DNA from: Octopus vulgaris
Taxonomy: Eukaryota
DNA length: 64,000 bases
Direction: 5' to 3'
Assembly: GCA_951406725.2 (NCBI GenBank)
Contig: OX597826.1
Location: 51,212,001 to 51,276,000 of the forward strand
Below the pieces are notes generated by a model. That model worked only from the letters and a program-made list of their open reading frames with translations. It did no database searches and was not told where the DNA came from. A program made the position numbers and the translations under genes. Below, in pieces: positions 1 through 13,739 of the stretch. Every line of letters starts with the position of its first letter. Positions within the stretch are counted from its first letter, which is position 1.

Positions 1-260
1 ATTGTTATTTTATTTATTTTTTGTTTGCCTTTAGGAATTGGACTGTGGCCATGCTGTGGCACCAGCTACCACATTCTCGGGGTTAAACTGATTATATCGA
101 AAGCAGTACTTTGTCTTCTTAGCATCGCTAAAAAAGACAAAGACATGGACATAAAAGACACATCCATGACGGAACAGAATACTACAATAATTTATAGTTC
201 GACGCACCTTTTTCCCCACCTCCCACAGTTACATGCATACATTCTTTATTCTTTTATTCC

Positions 261-384
261 TTTACTTGTTTCAGTCATTTGACTGCGGCCATGCAGGAGC
301 ACCACATTTATTCGAACAAATGGATCTCAGGACTTAACCTTTGTAAGCCTAGTACTTATTCTATCGGTCTCTTTTGCCGAACTG
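261..384 (-). mobile_element. 3' fragment of tRNA-derived CORE-type SINE (family A)
   Basis: Near-identical to 441-565 (tttacttgtttcagtcatttgactgcggccatg...ctatcggtctcttttgccgaac), the tail of the adjacent full copy. Confidence 0.75.
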
Positions 385-431
385 TTAACATACATACATG
401 CAGCATGCACATATATACTATTCTTTCTTTC

Positions 432-838
432 TTTTATTCTTTTACTTGTTTCAGTCATTTGACTGCGGCCATGCTGGAGCACCGCCTTTAGTCGAGCAAA
501 TCGACCCAGGGACTTATTCTTTGTAAGCCCAGTACTTATTCTATCGGTCTCTTCTGCCGAACCGCTAAGTTACGGGGACGTAAACACACCAGCATCGGTT
601 GTCATGCAATGCTAGGAGGACAAACACAGACATACACACACACATACACAAACACATATATATGTATACATATATACGACAGGCTTCTTTCAGTTTCCGT
701 CTACCGAATCCATTCACAAAGCATTGATCGGCCCGGGGCTATAGCAGAAGACACTTGCCCAAGATGCTACGCAGTGGGACTGAACCCGGAACCGTGTGGT
801 TGGTTAGCAAGCTACTTACCACACAGCCACTCCTGCGC
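432..838 (-). mobile_element. Full-length tRNA-derived SINE, family A (CORE-like domain)
   Basis: Minus strand begins gcaggagtggctgtgtggtaag (A-box-like) and ggttcagtcccac (B-box-like), followed by CORE-like ttgggcaagtgtcttct and an internal TA/TG microsatellite. Homologous copies at 6325-6990 and 25449-25897. Confidence 0.8.
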
Positions 839-928
839 ATATACTACATTTTCCCACACACTTCGCGTCTACTAATGCTGCTCGATGCTATGTGATGTGA
901 CATTTTACCCAAGCTGCCATGATAAAAG

Positions 929-1512
929 AAATTAAGTAAGAAACCCATAAAAGTAATTATAATGCCGAAATAATCAAAAACAGTCACACCAAAAATTTCA
1001 CTTATTAAAAAATGGATTGTACTATGAGAACGGAGAGAAATTAGAGTAGTTGGGAATACACACTGGCTATCTGTTTAAAGGTACACAAAGCTATGGAACG
1101 TTCACACAGTTTGCATATCCAGTCTCGAACATCATCTTGTCATCCCATCTTGTCCTGAATATCGATCTACTGAAGCTGTTCAGGGACGCGCAACATGGCA
1201 ATACTCTCCGTTATTCATCATACCTTGAACGTATTTCTTTTTGGGACATCGACATACTAAAATTCTTACGCTTGGGCGCTCACTTGGTAGAAGCCAACAA
1301 GATTGTCTACTATCTTTCAAACAATAATTTTGACTACCTTTTCGAATTCAATACCTCTACCACTTTTGGACAATATTATATATATATATATATATATATA
1401 AACAAATTAAGTAAGAAACCCATAAAAGTAATTATAATGCCGAAATAATCAAAAACAGTCACAACAAAAATTTCACTTATTAAAAAATGGATTGCACTAT
1501 GAGAACGGAGAG
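929..1512 (+). repeat. 109-bp direct repeat (929-1037 and 1404-1512)
   Basis: aaattaagtaagaaacccataaaag...actatgagaacggagag occurs twice, with two visible substitutions. Confidence 0.9.
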
Positions 1513-1693
1513 GTTTTTGTTTTCCTCTGTCTTCTCTTCTCTGGATCTTTCCTTCTCCTATGTTTCCGACGAAGAGCTCTGCTCGAAACGTTAAACCCTC
1601 CTTCTTTCCTTCTTTCCTGAGCGTCCAATAATACAATATTCGTTCCACGTCCTCGCGTTGTTGTGTTTTTTGTGCTTTCATGTTTGGATTAAC

Positions 1694-1697
<4 letters not shown>
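1513..1697 (+). mobile_element. Penelope-like terminal-repeat (pLTR) fragment with degenerate minimal hammerhead
   Basis: Contains gttt-ccgacga-a-gagc-tct-gctc-gaaacgtt-aaac at 1562-1596. Related to 41460-41720 and ends in (TA)n. Confidence 0.55.
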
Positions 1698-1740
<43 letters not shown>

Positions 1741-1745
<5 letters not shown>

Positions 1746-2075
1746 CCAGTGTAGCACCCATTACATTCGGATTTTTTTTTCACCCTCAGAATTGTCAATG
1801 TATGGAATAAATCTCACGTAAAAGCTGTTGACTATCAGGAAACTACATCCTTCAGAAATTCCTTGCTTCCTGAAATTTGCTAACACTATTGATGTGCTTA
1901 TGGATACTTTCCTCCTTAAGACTCTTTTACCGTTCACTTTTCTGTCTTGTGTTTTATTCTGTTTTACTCTGCACGTACTTTTTGGCCACATGACTTCACT
2001 GATTGTTGCAATCTGTGCCCTGTTTTGCTAATTTTTGACAAGTTGTGGTGCACCTGAGCACTGTATACAATAAAC
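1741..2075 (+). mobile_element. 3' end of CR1/L2-group LINE
   Basis: Translates FFTLRIVNVWNKSHVKAVDYQETTSFRNS, matching the FF..RVVN.WN.LP C-terminal motif. The following UTR ends in aataaa. Confidence 0.65.
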
Positions 2076-2077
2076 TT

Positions 2078-2240
2078 CTAGCAAAATCATTTGACCGTCG
2101 GACAAAATGCTTAGTGGCATTTCTTCCGGCCTTTAAGTTCAAATTCCGCCGCATTCGGCTTTGCTTTTCTACCTTTCGTAGATCGATGAAATAATTACTA
2201 GTTGAGCATTGAAGGCAATGCAATCGACTAATCCTCTTCC
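2078..2240 (+). mobile_element. Degraded SINE family B (MetaSINE-like)
   Basis: aaatgcttagtggcattt...gttcaaattccgcc...tcgatgaaataattactagttgagca resembles the well-preserved copy at 27476-27710. Confidence 0.6.
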
Positions 2241-2674
2241 ATACGAAGGACAATTAAAAATAATTCAGCCCAAAAAGGCTGGGTGTGTAATTTAAGGAAT
2301 ATTTGTCTGCTACTTCTAGCACATCGTATAACCACGTTGAAACTCACTCAATGGACCAGGAAAATTAAAATTTAGACCCAGTAAAACACTGGTTGTAGGA
2401 AGGCGTCAAAGTGGTCGGGAATAGTGCGATTTGAGGTAGACTTAGCGGCTATTTTCAGCTTAAATACCGCTTGGTTAGTTCGATGAAGAACCAAAGGAGT
2501 TCGAACTAAAACGTTGACAATGGTTTGGTAGGAGTTCTGGTCTTGAAAAGTGGCAAAGAAATCTAAAGGCTGCAAGGAATATTGGAAATATTCCTTGCAG
2601 AAATATTGCGAGCAGAAATATGGAATGGAAGGAAAGACAAATCGATAAAGTATTGTACATGGATTTAGTAGAAG

Positions 2675-3098
2675 ATGAATGGTGGTGGTGTAGGTGGTCG
2701 TAGTACTAGTTTTGGGGATGGTGATAGTGATGACTGAGATGGTGGTAGTGGTAGGATGGCGGTGGTTATGGTGGGAGGAGTGCAGATAATTGCAGTGGTA
2801 GTGGTGGTGATGGTGATGGAAGGGGTGGTAGTGGCGTTGGAGGTAGCAGTGGGAGTATAGTGGTGTTGATGAAAGTGGTGAGAATGGTGATGTGCTGATA
2901 GAGAAGTGGTAGTTGTTGTGGTGGTAGTGGTGGTAGTGGCTGTGGTAGTAGTGGTGGTAGTAATGGTGGTTGTGATAGCGGGTTGGTAGTAATGAGGGTT
3001 GTGGCAAGTAGATGACTGGCGGCAGTAGAACTATGCCAATAGTGGTATCGATGGTGTTGTTAGTGATTGTATAACAACAACAACAACAACATCATCTG

Positions 3099-3147
<49 letters not shown>

Positions 3148-3330
3148 AAGTAATGGGAGTGGTGAGTTGATTGATATTATAACATATATATATACATACT
3201 AACATCATCATCGTGGAAATCTGATCGTTGCAGTCATCATAATCATCACGACTACCACCACTACCATCACTAACACCATCATTATCATTATCATTATCAT
3301 CATCATTATCATGATCAGGATCACCATCAT
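2675..3330. repeat. Low-complexity (GTG/GTA)n, (CTA)n, (ATC)n tract
   Basis: Degenerate trinucleotide runs seen directly; they explain the His/Thr-rich ORF 2372-3007. Confidence 0.85.
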
Positions 3331-3381
3331 TAGAGACTGTTGTTGAGCTTATTTATTTGAAGATCAATATATTTGTTAGGA

Positions 3382-3394
3382 ACACACACACACA

Positions 3395-3437
<43 letters not shown>

Positions 3438-3601
3438 ACACACAAACACACACACACACACACAAACACACACATACAGACACACATACACATGCACACA
3501 CACACATGCACATAGGCGCATATGCAAAATGAAACAACGATAAGCAAATCCTTTAAGCTTTACAAATATAGAAACGGGTGTGTGATTGTGACATGTGCGT
3601 G

Positions 3602-3634
<33 letters not shown>

Positions 3635-3810
3635 ATATGTATGAGGAGGAGTAAGAGTTGAGAGCGGAAGGATGTAAATCTCTTTGAAGAAGGAACCGAA
3701 ATAACTAAACATATATACATACATAGACGCATACATACATACGTAAATCCATTCATACACATATGCATACGTATATATATAATTATAATATGTATGCATG
3801 TGTAAAAAAT

Positions 3811-3848
<38 letters not shown>

Positions 3849-3886
3849 CATACAAATATTTATTGGTACATATATATGCATATGTA

Positions 3887-3917
<31 letters not shown>

Positions 3918-3993
3918 TAAAATATATGCAGATATGTATTATATATATGTGTGTATATGCATAAAAATGCCTATATATTTATACTTGTATGTA

Positions 3994-4025
<32 letters not shown>

Positions 4026-4036
4026 TATATATTTAC

Positions 4037-4107
<71 letters not shown>

Positions 4108-4500
4108 CATGTGTACATATATACTCGCTGTATACATACATACATTCACACTTACACACACAAATAAAACATTGCTCCATGCCCCTCACACTAGCACCCT
4201 TAACTTCCACCCCTCTTTATTATCCCGAAGCATGTGATTACTTAAATATTGTAAGCAAACCCCCTTTTCAAACGAATCTACAGCAAACATCGTTAAAAAT
4301 ACGAACAAACATTGATTATAAGGCAAGAAAAAAAAAACATAAATGCAACAAATAAGCACATATACACAGGCGCATACATACATACATACATACATACATA
4401 CAAATATATACACAGACATGCACATAAATATATACAGTTACAATATATACGCACATGTATACACATAACGCACCAAACAATATGCATAAAAATGTAAAAA
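3382..4500. repeat. Compound (CA)n/(TG)n/(TA)n microsatellite block
   Basis: Dinucleotide and ATAC runs seen directly. Confidence 0.9.
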
Positions 4501-6324
4501 TAAATGAAAATATATATCGAAATATAATATAAATTCTTGTTATTGAAGATAAATTGATATTTGTGTGCAGGATAATGGCCACTTTGACAATGTAGGGTGA
4601 ACTTGTGTGGAAAACAACTGCATTAATTAGTTTCAAGAGACTAGAAATAAGGCGACTGAAAAAATTCCTTCAACTTGCTTTAGAAGTTTTAAAACTGGGT
4701 TTTAGATCATAGCTCTTAGAATATAGATCAAGTGTTAAGCACCCAACGAACCGAATCCGCTGAACAGAAACTATAAATGTTTATAAGAAACAACGGAAGC
4801 ATTTTTAATATTTTCTTTCCTTTTTGTTGTATTTATATAACAAGGCTCTTGATGTAAAAACCTTTCTGATAACATATTTTATTGTATTTCACGAAGGCGG
4901 GGCAACTGAAACGATGCAAGTATACCCGTCATTAGCTGCCTGTTTAGGGAGTTTTGTAGTTTCGATGCCTAGGAAGTTCATTCTTCTAATAAAAACATTA
5001 TATAAATTTTGTTTAGAGAAGGAAAGGAAACTTTCATAACCTCACATTGCTGAGGCGAGGAGATTGGTATAGCTGAAAGTGAGAATGAAACCATGCATCA
5101 TGAACTGAAGTAGTGCATTGAGTTATTCTCAGACAGAACACCTTCTCTGGACCTGCCTGTAACAAAATAAACTCTGATAAAAGACACTCAAGTATCTACG
5201 AGTGGAGTTAAAGTGTGTGGCGGGTTAGATCTAGCACTTAAAAATATAATATATCGGCCTTTTGTACAGCTTCTGTATATCCAGTTTAAATCACAAGGTT
5301 TGGGTTATCTCGAACCGTTGTAGAAGAGAACTACCGAAGTGCCGCGCATTGGGTTTGAATAATCCGGAAACAGGTAATAGAAATGAGCTTTTACGGAATA
5401 TTTTGGTCAAAGGTTTACTCACTCAACAACAATAACATCAACAAAACTATGTTAATACATACGTGGGATTTTATACTGAAAGGAATAATCGAAAAGATTA
5501 CTCACACACACACACACACGCTCGTGCGCGTGCGCGTGCGCGTGTGCGTGCGCGTGTACTATGTATGGATGTAAGTGTCTATGTGTGTGTATGTTTGTGT
5601 GAGTCTGTGGTAGAACCTATTAGAACTTAGGCACAAACGATAGGGACGTATATAGCAGACAGAACAATCGAAAATACCCTCGTCATCTAGTAATTTTTAT
5701 GGTTTCGACGCCTGCAAGATCCATTCTTCCAAATGATGCACAGACCCTTTCTAAGTGAATTAATTACCTAATTCAGTTAACAATAAATAAATGAATTACA
5801 TTCAGAATGACCATGGTATATAACGAAATCTATTTCAACAAAAAGTTTTCATATCAAGAATCGTGTGATAAAATATAAAAAAAATATAACAACTCCCGAT
5901 TAACACGGCTTTGAAGACCATGTGAGAATTTACATCACTTAGAAGCTGATACAAAATTACGAATAACATAGACCCAACCTCGATTACTAGAGTGCGAAAT
6001 GGTTTTGTTGTAATAATGTTATATAAACTTCGGTAACTTGATAGTAGTCGTAATTGTGATCATGCACGGTTCGGTTTCCTCTTAACATTACCTAGTTCCG
6101 ACACCGTCTTGTCAGTAGCATATACAACATTGTGGATTACAGAAAAAATACCGCAGTTAAACTTTTCTCTGGATTTAATTAAACAACTGAATATGTGTAT
6201 GAACCTTACACTTCATGCCAAACACATGTTCATTAACATTAAGTCTCTTTTGGTTTTATAAATGCTGCACTATTTGAGTTGGGTGTTTTGTGTAGTATTT
6301 ATATTAATCCACACAGAGCAGAAT

Positions 6325-6666
6325 ACGCTAACGTTGGGCAAATATCTCCTACTACCTATTTCTTTACTACCCACAAGGGGCTAAACATAGAGTGGAAAAA
6401 CAAGGACAGACACACCGATTAAGTCGATTATATCGACCCCCAGTACGTAACTGGTACTTATTTAATCGACCCCGAAAGGATGAATGGCAAAGTCGACCAC
6501 GGCGGAATTTGAACTCAGAACGTAACGGCAGACGAAATACGGCTACGCATTTCGCCCGGCGTGCTAACGATTCTGCCAGCTCGCCGCCTTATATCTCCTG
6601 CTACCGCCCCAGACCAACCAAAGCATTGTGAATGAATCTGGTTGATGGAAACTGTGTAGAAGCACG

Positions 6667-6709
<43 letters not shown>

Positions 6710-6990
6710 AACGTATATGTGCGTGAGTGTGTGTAAATGTATGTGGAAGTGAGTGTGTTTGTATCTATCTATCTTTGTAGCTGTGTTTCTCACCCCAGCG
6801 TTTGACAACCGGTGTTGGTTTGCTTGCACCCTTGTATCTTAACGTTTCAGCAAAAGAGCCCGATAGAATAAGTATGAGACTTAAAGGAAAAAAATTACAC
6901 TGGGGTCCATTTGTTCGACTAAAACCATTAAAGGCAATGCTCCAGTATGGTCACAATCCAATGGCTGAAACAAATCAAAGATGAAAGATT
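6325..6990 (+). mobile_element. 5'-truncated SINE family A interrupted by a family B SINE
   Basis: ttgggcaaatatctcctactacc | gccccagaccaaccaaagcattgtgaatg...aaggcaatgctccagtatggtcacaatcc matches family A on both sides of the insert. Confidence 0.7.
6357..6590 (-). mobile_element. Full-length SINE family B (MetaSINE-like) with 15-bp target-site duplication (TSD)
   Basis: Minus strand: aaggcggcgagctggcagaatcgttagc...gagttcaaattcc...ttcatcctttcggggtcgat. TSD atatctcct(a/g)ctacc at 6342-6356 and 6591-6605. Confidence 0.85.
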
Positions 6991-7939
6991 AAAGTTATTA
7001 TAATACGTAAATTACCCTTAATGGCTATGAGAAAAGAATGAATAAATTTCTGGTGTTAATAATAAATCTGGATGTTAACTTGGTGGTTATATAAAAGATA
7101 CGTATGTGGTGACAAAATAGAAAGAATGAAGAGATAGTAAGAAGAAATGAAAGAAAAATAGATGATTGTGGAAGTAAAAAAAGATAAAGGCGTATTAAGA
7201 TCAGATAAGCAGAGAACGCGTAATAGAAGCAGCATCATGACTGAGATTGAGTGTCTGTTGTTTTTGTGGTTGGAATATTGCAACCAAATTAGAATTCCTC
7301 TAAGCACTATGGATATAAAATGGAAATTTTTTAGGTATTTTCTTTGTAATTAAGAAAAATATAATAAAAAAGAAAATAGGATTCCAGCTGACGCTGAAGA
7401 AACATTTATAAGTTGTTCTGGTTGGGTTGAAGGTGGTGGCTGTGGTGGTTGTTGTAGGGGATCGACATTGGAACGGGTACTCACAACAACTCAGGTATGA
7501 TAGGGAGGGGGTTGCAAATGCAGAGAATAATATAGCACAAAAATGTCATGCTATTTTGAAGAAAAAAAAAAGGGAAAAGAAAAAAAATAATTGAAGAATA
7601 GGATCAAGACGTTAGACAAATATTCAATGTCGATGAAATAGACCCATTCTGGAAAAAATGTCTTCAAAAAACATTTTATGTAAGAAAGAAAAAAAGAAGT
7701 AAAATGATTTAAAAAGAGGGAGAAAATCTAAAAGAAAACTTCAAATTAAAACACATATTAGTGATTCACGCACAGAACCCCAGGACCGTTAAAAGTTATA
7801 GCTAATGATCTCAACCAGTGCTTTGATGCTCAAACATCAAATCATGGGCAACCATGTTTTAACTATTTTTTCCCCGATTATTGTAAAATTATTGTAAAAT
7901 CTGTAATCCTACCTCCAATATTTTACTATTTCTAGTCAA

Positions 7940-8620
7940 ATGTGTTTAGTCATCCTATTTTACATAGTGACCCGTGAAATTAATATTTTTGTCCCTCTTT
8001 CCTTTTGTTATCTATGAACCACAAAGTGGTTGCTACTTTTAAGGCTTACCTTTTCTGTAGAACCTTTGATGAAACGAAGTTACGAGAGAATATGGAATTT
8101 CATCTGTAAAATTTTGGAAACAATTTAATATAAAAGTTGCCACTGGAAATATTCATGAATCGTTAGAAGAACTGATAACAAGCAACATGGGAACCAAGTG
8201 AAAACGTATTTTACCGCATTGCGTTAACGATTTCGCTAACCTTGCAAAATATGAAGAAATTATCGAAGAACTAGCATTAGAAGACAACTTGATTTCTATG
8301 AAATAGATCATACTAATGTACGTGATGTGCTTAATTCATATTTGGAGGAATTAGCTGATCATGACCTTCTTTAAGCATGCAGATAAAGAAGAGAAGTGAA
8401 CAACAAACGAAAGAAATAATGGGAAAAGAATTTGGTAGCATATTTCAAGAATTTTAAGAATTTAAGCAATAAATAATTATTATTGATCCGAATATCGAGG
8501 TATGCAAGATCGAAAAAATTATGGGAAAATTCTTTAATGTTACAAGTAAATATGTACAGAGGAAAAAGAAGGAGTGCAAATTAAAGGATTCTGGACATGC
8601 ATTTTCGAAAGAAATAAAGT
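7940..8620 (+). mobile_element. Tigger/pogo (TIGD1-like) transposase relic, C-terminal part
   Basis: Translates SMNHKVVATFKAYLFCRTFDE (cf. QPMDQGVIATFKAYY.R.TF), FWKQFNIKVATGNIHES and DVLNSYLEELADHDLL, with stops and frameshifts. Confidence 0.75.
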
Positions 8621-9009
8621 ACATTTATAGACGGTAAAAGTTTCAAGAAAATAAAAGTACATCAGTTCCATATGCGATAACAAGTGACTGCAACTGAGAA
8701 TCGATACAGAAATCTTGGAATCTATTTTCTACCTACTTAACACATCGCTAATAAGTTCATCATATATGAATATACAACGCTGATTTCTCTTTGACTAGAA
8801 AATAAAAGATCTATATTTTAATAATATAGAGGAAATGGGATATCGTGATGCTCATACGTTTTCCGGCAGCGGGTGGACTGGGAGAGAAATTACTGAGTTA
8901 AGTGAAGTTGCATCGATCGAACCCGAACTGAAACCAGAAAACCGTCTCCTCTCACCAGAAGTTTGTCTCTTGTTTTACATACATGCTACCAATGCTGCTG
9001 ATAGTTTTG

Positions 9010-9846
9010 GGATATTTTCCTTTTGAACGGTACGTGTCAACACGATTTCTAGTTAACTAAACACTTTTAAAATTCGTATACTGGCAGAATGTGTTTATAA
9101 AATATAATTTTTTCTTGGCTTTATTGAGAAAATTCTATAGTTTGTAAGATATTGCGTCTGAAATTTCGAGCATTTCGGCAATTTTAACCAATCGGTGACC
9201 TCCATTTGGGGTGAAAACATTCCGTGCTGTATGAATATGTCCCTCGTTTAAGAAACAGATTGGGTTTATTTACATTTGCGAAGAAAAAAAGATACCCTTC
9301 CCCCACCCCTAACCCTAACCCTAACTCTAACCCTAAATCTAACCCTAAATCTAAAATAGATTGAAATGCAATAGATCGATACTAGGGTTATAATTATGGG
9401 TGGCATTTTCATTTGACACCGCTAGGAAAAAATCCCATTTTCCGTAGCGGTGTCGTATGAAATTGTCACCCATAATTATAACCCTAGTATCGATCTATTG
9501 CATTTCAATCTATTTTAGATTTAGGGTTAGAGTTAGGGTTTGGGTTAGGGGTGGAGGAAGGGTATCTTTTTTCTTCGCAAATGTAAATAAACTAAATCTG
9601 TTTCTTAAACGAGGGACGTATTCATACAGCACGGAATGTTTTCACCCCAAATGGAGGTCAGCGATTGGTTAAAATTGCCGAAATGCTTGAAATTAAAGTG
9701 GAAATATGTTACAACATATAGAATTTTCTCAATAAAGCCAAGAAAAAATGATGTTTTATAAACACATTCTACCAGTATACGAAGTTTAAAAGTGTTTAGT
9801 TAACTAGAAATTGTGTTGACATGTGCCGTTCAAAAAGAAAAGATCC
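9010..9846. mobile_element. 837-bp palindromic (foldback/MITE-like) element with internal CCCTAA/TTAGGG repeats
   Basis: Arm 9010-9430 is the reverse complement of 9438-9846 at high identity, with a 7-nt loop (aatccca). Telomere-like repeats at ~9307-9352 and ~9514-9549. Confidence 0.9.
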
Positions 9847-10436
9847 TAATTTTTTTGCTGCGAGTGTGCCCAGAAATTTGCATTGTGTTCAGGTTTCGCC
9901 TGCCTCTGCAGTTGTATGCGCATCCCTGTTAGTCACAATCTTCAATTAAAAAAATTTCATTTCATTGTGAAAACCTGGCGTGTAAGCAATTTTGCCTTCC
10001 TAGGGCCAAACATGTGCGAGCGCGCGCACTAGCACACAGCTTAGAAGGAACACTGCTCGCTATCCATGATATATAGCATTAACTAGACAGCCCTGAACAT
10101 CACGAGTTACTTATATATATATGTTTGTATATAAATTTGTGGCCTTCTTTTTATATATAAAAAAAAATCAATAATTTTTGTGCATGCTTAGAAACAGGTA
10201 CACACACACACATTGCGTTTCTCTCTCTTTCTCTCGCTCTCGCTTTCGTACTTGCAATACAAGCAATAGTTTATACATGGTAGAACACACACACACACAC
10301 ACACGCAAAAACACACAGATACACGCAAACACACACACACGATCTAGTTATAACTATGCACACACACGCACACACACACATACAAATATGAATAAGAGAA
10401 ACAGTATATGTTATATAAATCAATAATGCAAAATAT

Positions 10437-10640
10437 CCACCAAGGAGCCTACAAATGGTTGTTGGACCTGCTAAAAATACCAGTCAAAACCACTCTAAAA
10501 TTTCACTCTTGCGAGTCAAGAACAAAAAGGACACACTAAGCAATGTAGTCCTCGATACGCTAAGTCTGAACATAAATGGAGCGACCAAGGATGGTACCCA
10601 TTTGCTGATAGGTTTTCGTTTTCAGTAGCTTAAGTAAAGC
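10437..10640 (-). repeat. Interspersed repeat family D (unclassified)
   Basis: Shares degenerate motifs (gacctgcta.aaata.cag, caatgtagtcct.gatac) with 2280-2500, 28610-28810, 29145-29310, 31745-31940 and 48310-48470. Confidence 0.5.
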
Positions 10641-10794
10641 AACTACACAGAAATATCTAATAATTGGCAACATAAATACACATGTATACATATATAAATA
10701 GACAGATATATATACACAGATATACAACTAGCTATAGTCAATGAAGGCACTAGAATTCAGGGTTTAGCAATACATTAAATAAAATCTTCCTAAC

Positions 10795-12195
<1,401 letters not shown>

Positions 12196-13009
12196 TTGTT
12201 ATCAGTCATGTCGATGCATACCAATTAGCTTAGCAGAAGAGATTTTCGGCTTAAATATGTTGAGTTTCAGATTAATGGAGCTGTTATGTCATCAAATGTT
12301 GTTCAGAAATAACAAGACAAAATATGTTTTGGAATTATGGATGCAATCGTCATATTGAAGAGGAGAAGAAAAGATAGGATGTGTAACAGATCAAAAGTGA
12401 AACTAGCTGGAAATAACACGCAACTGCTAGACGCCGCGCCATGTCGCCTAATATCGCCGAATCATTCATTATATATTAATTCTATAATTTTATCTTGTTT
12501 TCTGTTTTCTTTACTGAGCTTTTTGGCATTCTGGTTACTTTCGTTTGGCTTTCATTGGCTTTATTTGGCTCTGTTTCAAAAAATTATTTGTCCTTGAGCT
12601 TCAATTAAACGTTCTCAACCTCAAGAGTTATTCGTCTTTCAAGCTGATTAAGTTTTGGTGTATATCAAGAACGACAACTGTGTCATGTGAAACTGGCTTC
12701 GTCAGAGTAGCATCATTCTTTGTATAAGCCACACAACAAGCGATCAATGTTAGTTCGAGCGTTGTTTGAAGCCATGATACATCTCTGGTTCGTTGAAGAA
12801 TGCCAATGCGAAACACAATTAGCGTAAAAGATCCTATTATGTAAAAAAGAAAATTAACGATAAAGAAAGAAAGAACATAAAGAGTTTTCTATTTGCTGTT
12901 AGGTACCAATGAAGTATAAATAAGTTTTTTCTTTCGTTAGTGTAATACATATAACAATCATCCAAGCCAAATATACAATGGAAACAAATTTATTATTTGA
13001 GTCAAAGCC

Positions 13010-13435
13010 AGGTGGTAGACTGAAAACCATTAGAATCTCGGAAAAAATGTCTTCTAGCATTTATTCTGGTTCTTTACATCTTGTGTTCAAATTCCACCGA
13101 CGTCAACATTGCCTTTCCTATTTTTGGGGTCCTTAAAATGAAGTACCAGTCAAGGATTACTCAGCGGAATCGACCGACCCCTCCTCTTAAGAATTGCTGC
13201 CCTTATGTTTAAATTTTTATTGGTTTCAAATTTTGGCATAAGGCCAGCAAATTCAGGGGGAGGGACCAGCCGATTATATCTACTCAGTGTTCAACTCATA
13301 CTTATTTTATCGACCCTGTAAGGATGAAAAGCAAAGTAGACCTCGGTGGAATTTGAACATCTGAATGTAAAGACGGACAGAATGCCGCAAAGCATTTAAT
13401 CCGGTATGCTAACGATTCTACTAGATTGCCACCTT
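13010..13435. mobile_element. Two SINE family B copies in inverted, tail-to-tail orientation
   Basis: Plus copy ~13010-13210 (gttcaaattccaccgacgtcaac) and minus copy ~13220-13435 (ttatcgaccctgtaaggatgaaaagcaaagtagacctcggtggaatttgaac). Confidence 0.7.
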
Positions 13436-13449
13436 TGTTTAAATTATTA

Positions 13450-13730
13450 TGATTATTATTTGGTAGTCTTATTTTTATCATGTACTTTCACTGCACTATT
13501 GAGCGCAGCTGTGTGTGCCTTGGGTATGTGCTGTGGTTTGTTGTGGTGCTCTTATTTTCTCTGTACTGAAAGTGTTTTACGTAGGATGTGTGCGGTGCCT
13601 AGTAGTGCCAATTTCTGTGTTATATATACTTGTAAGTCCTGCTTTTGTTATGTATGTGTCTGGACGTTTTTTTATCATACCTAATGCGCCTACTATGATA
13701 AGAATTGTTTTTGCTTTTAGGCTCAAGTAC
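13450..13730 (-). mobile_element. 3' end of R4/Dong-clade REL retrotransposon
   Basis: Reverse-complement homolog of 19040-19300 (ALLGTAHILR motif plus 3' UTR), ending at a TAA-like tract. Confidence 0.85.
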
Positions 13731-13739
13731 GGTGCCAGC

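Noticed and set aside
9307-9549. Telomere or chromosome-fusion signature
   Set aside because: Only a few degenerate units, embedded symmetrically inside a palindromic element rather than a long array.
9985-10056. hAT-like terminus (agcttagaaggaacactg)
   Set aside because: No matching opposite TIR or TSD found, so no element could be delimited.
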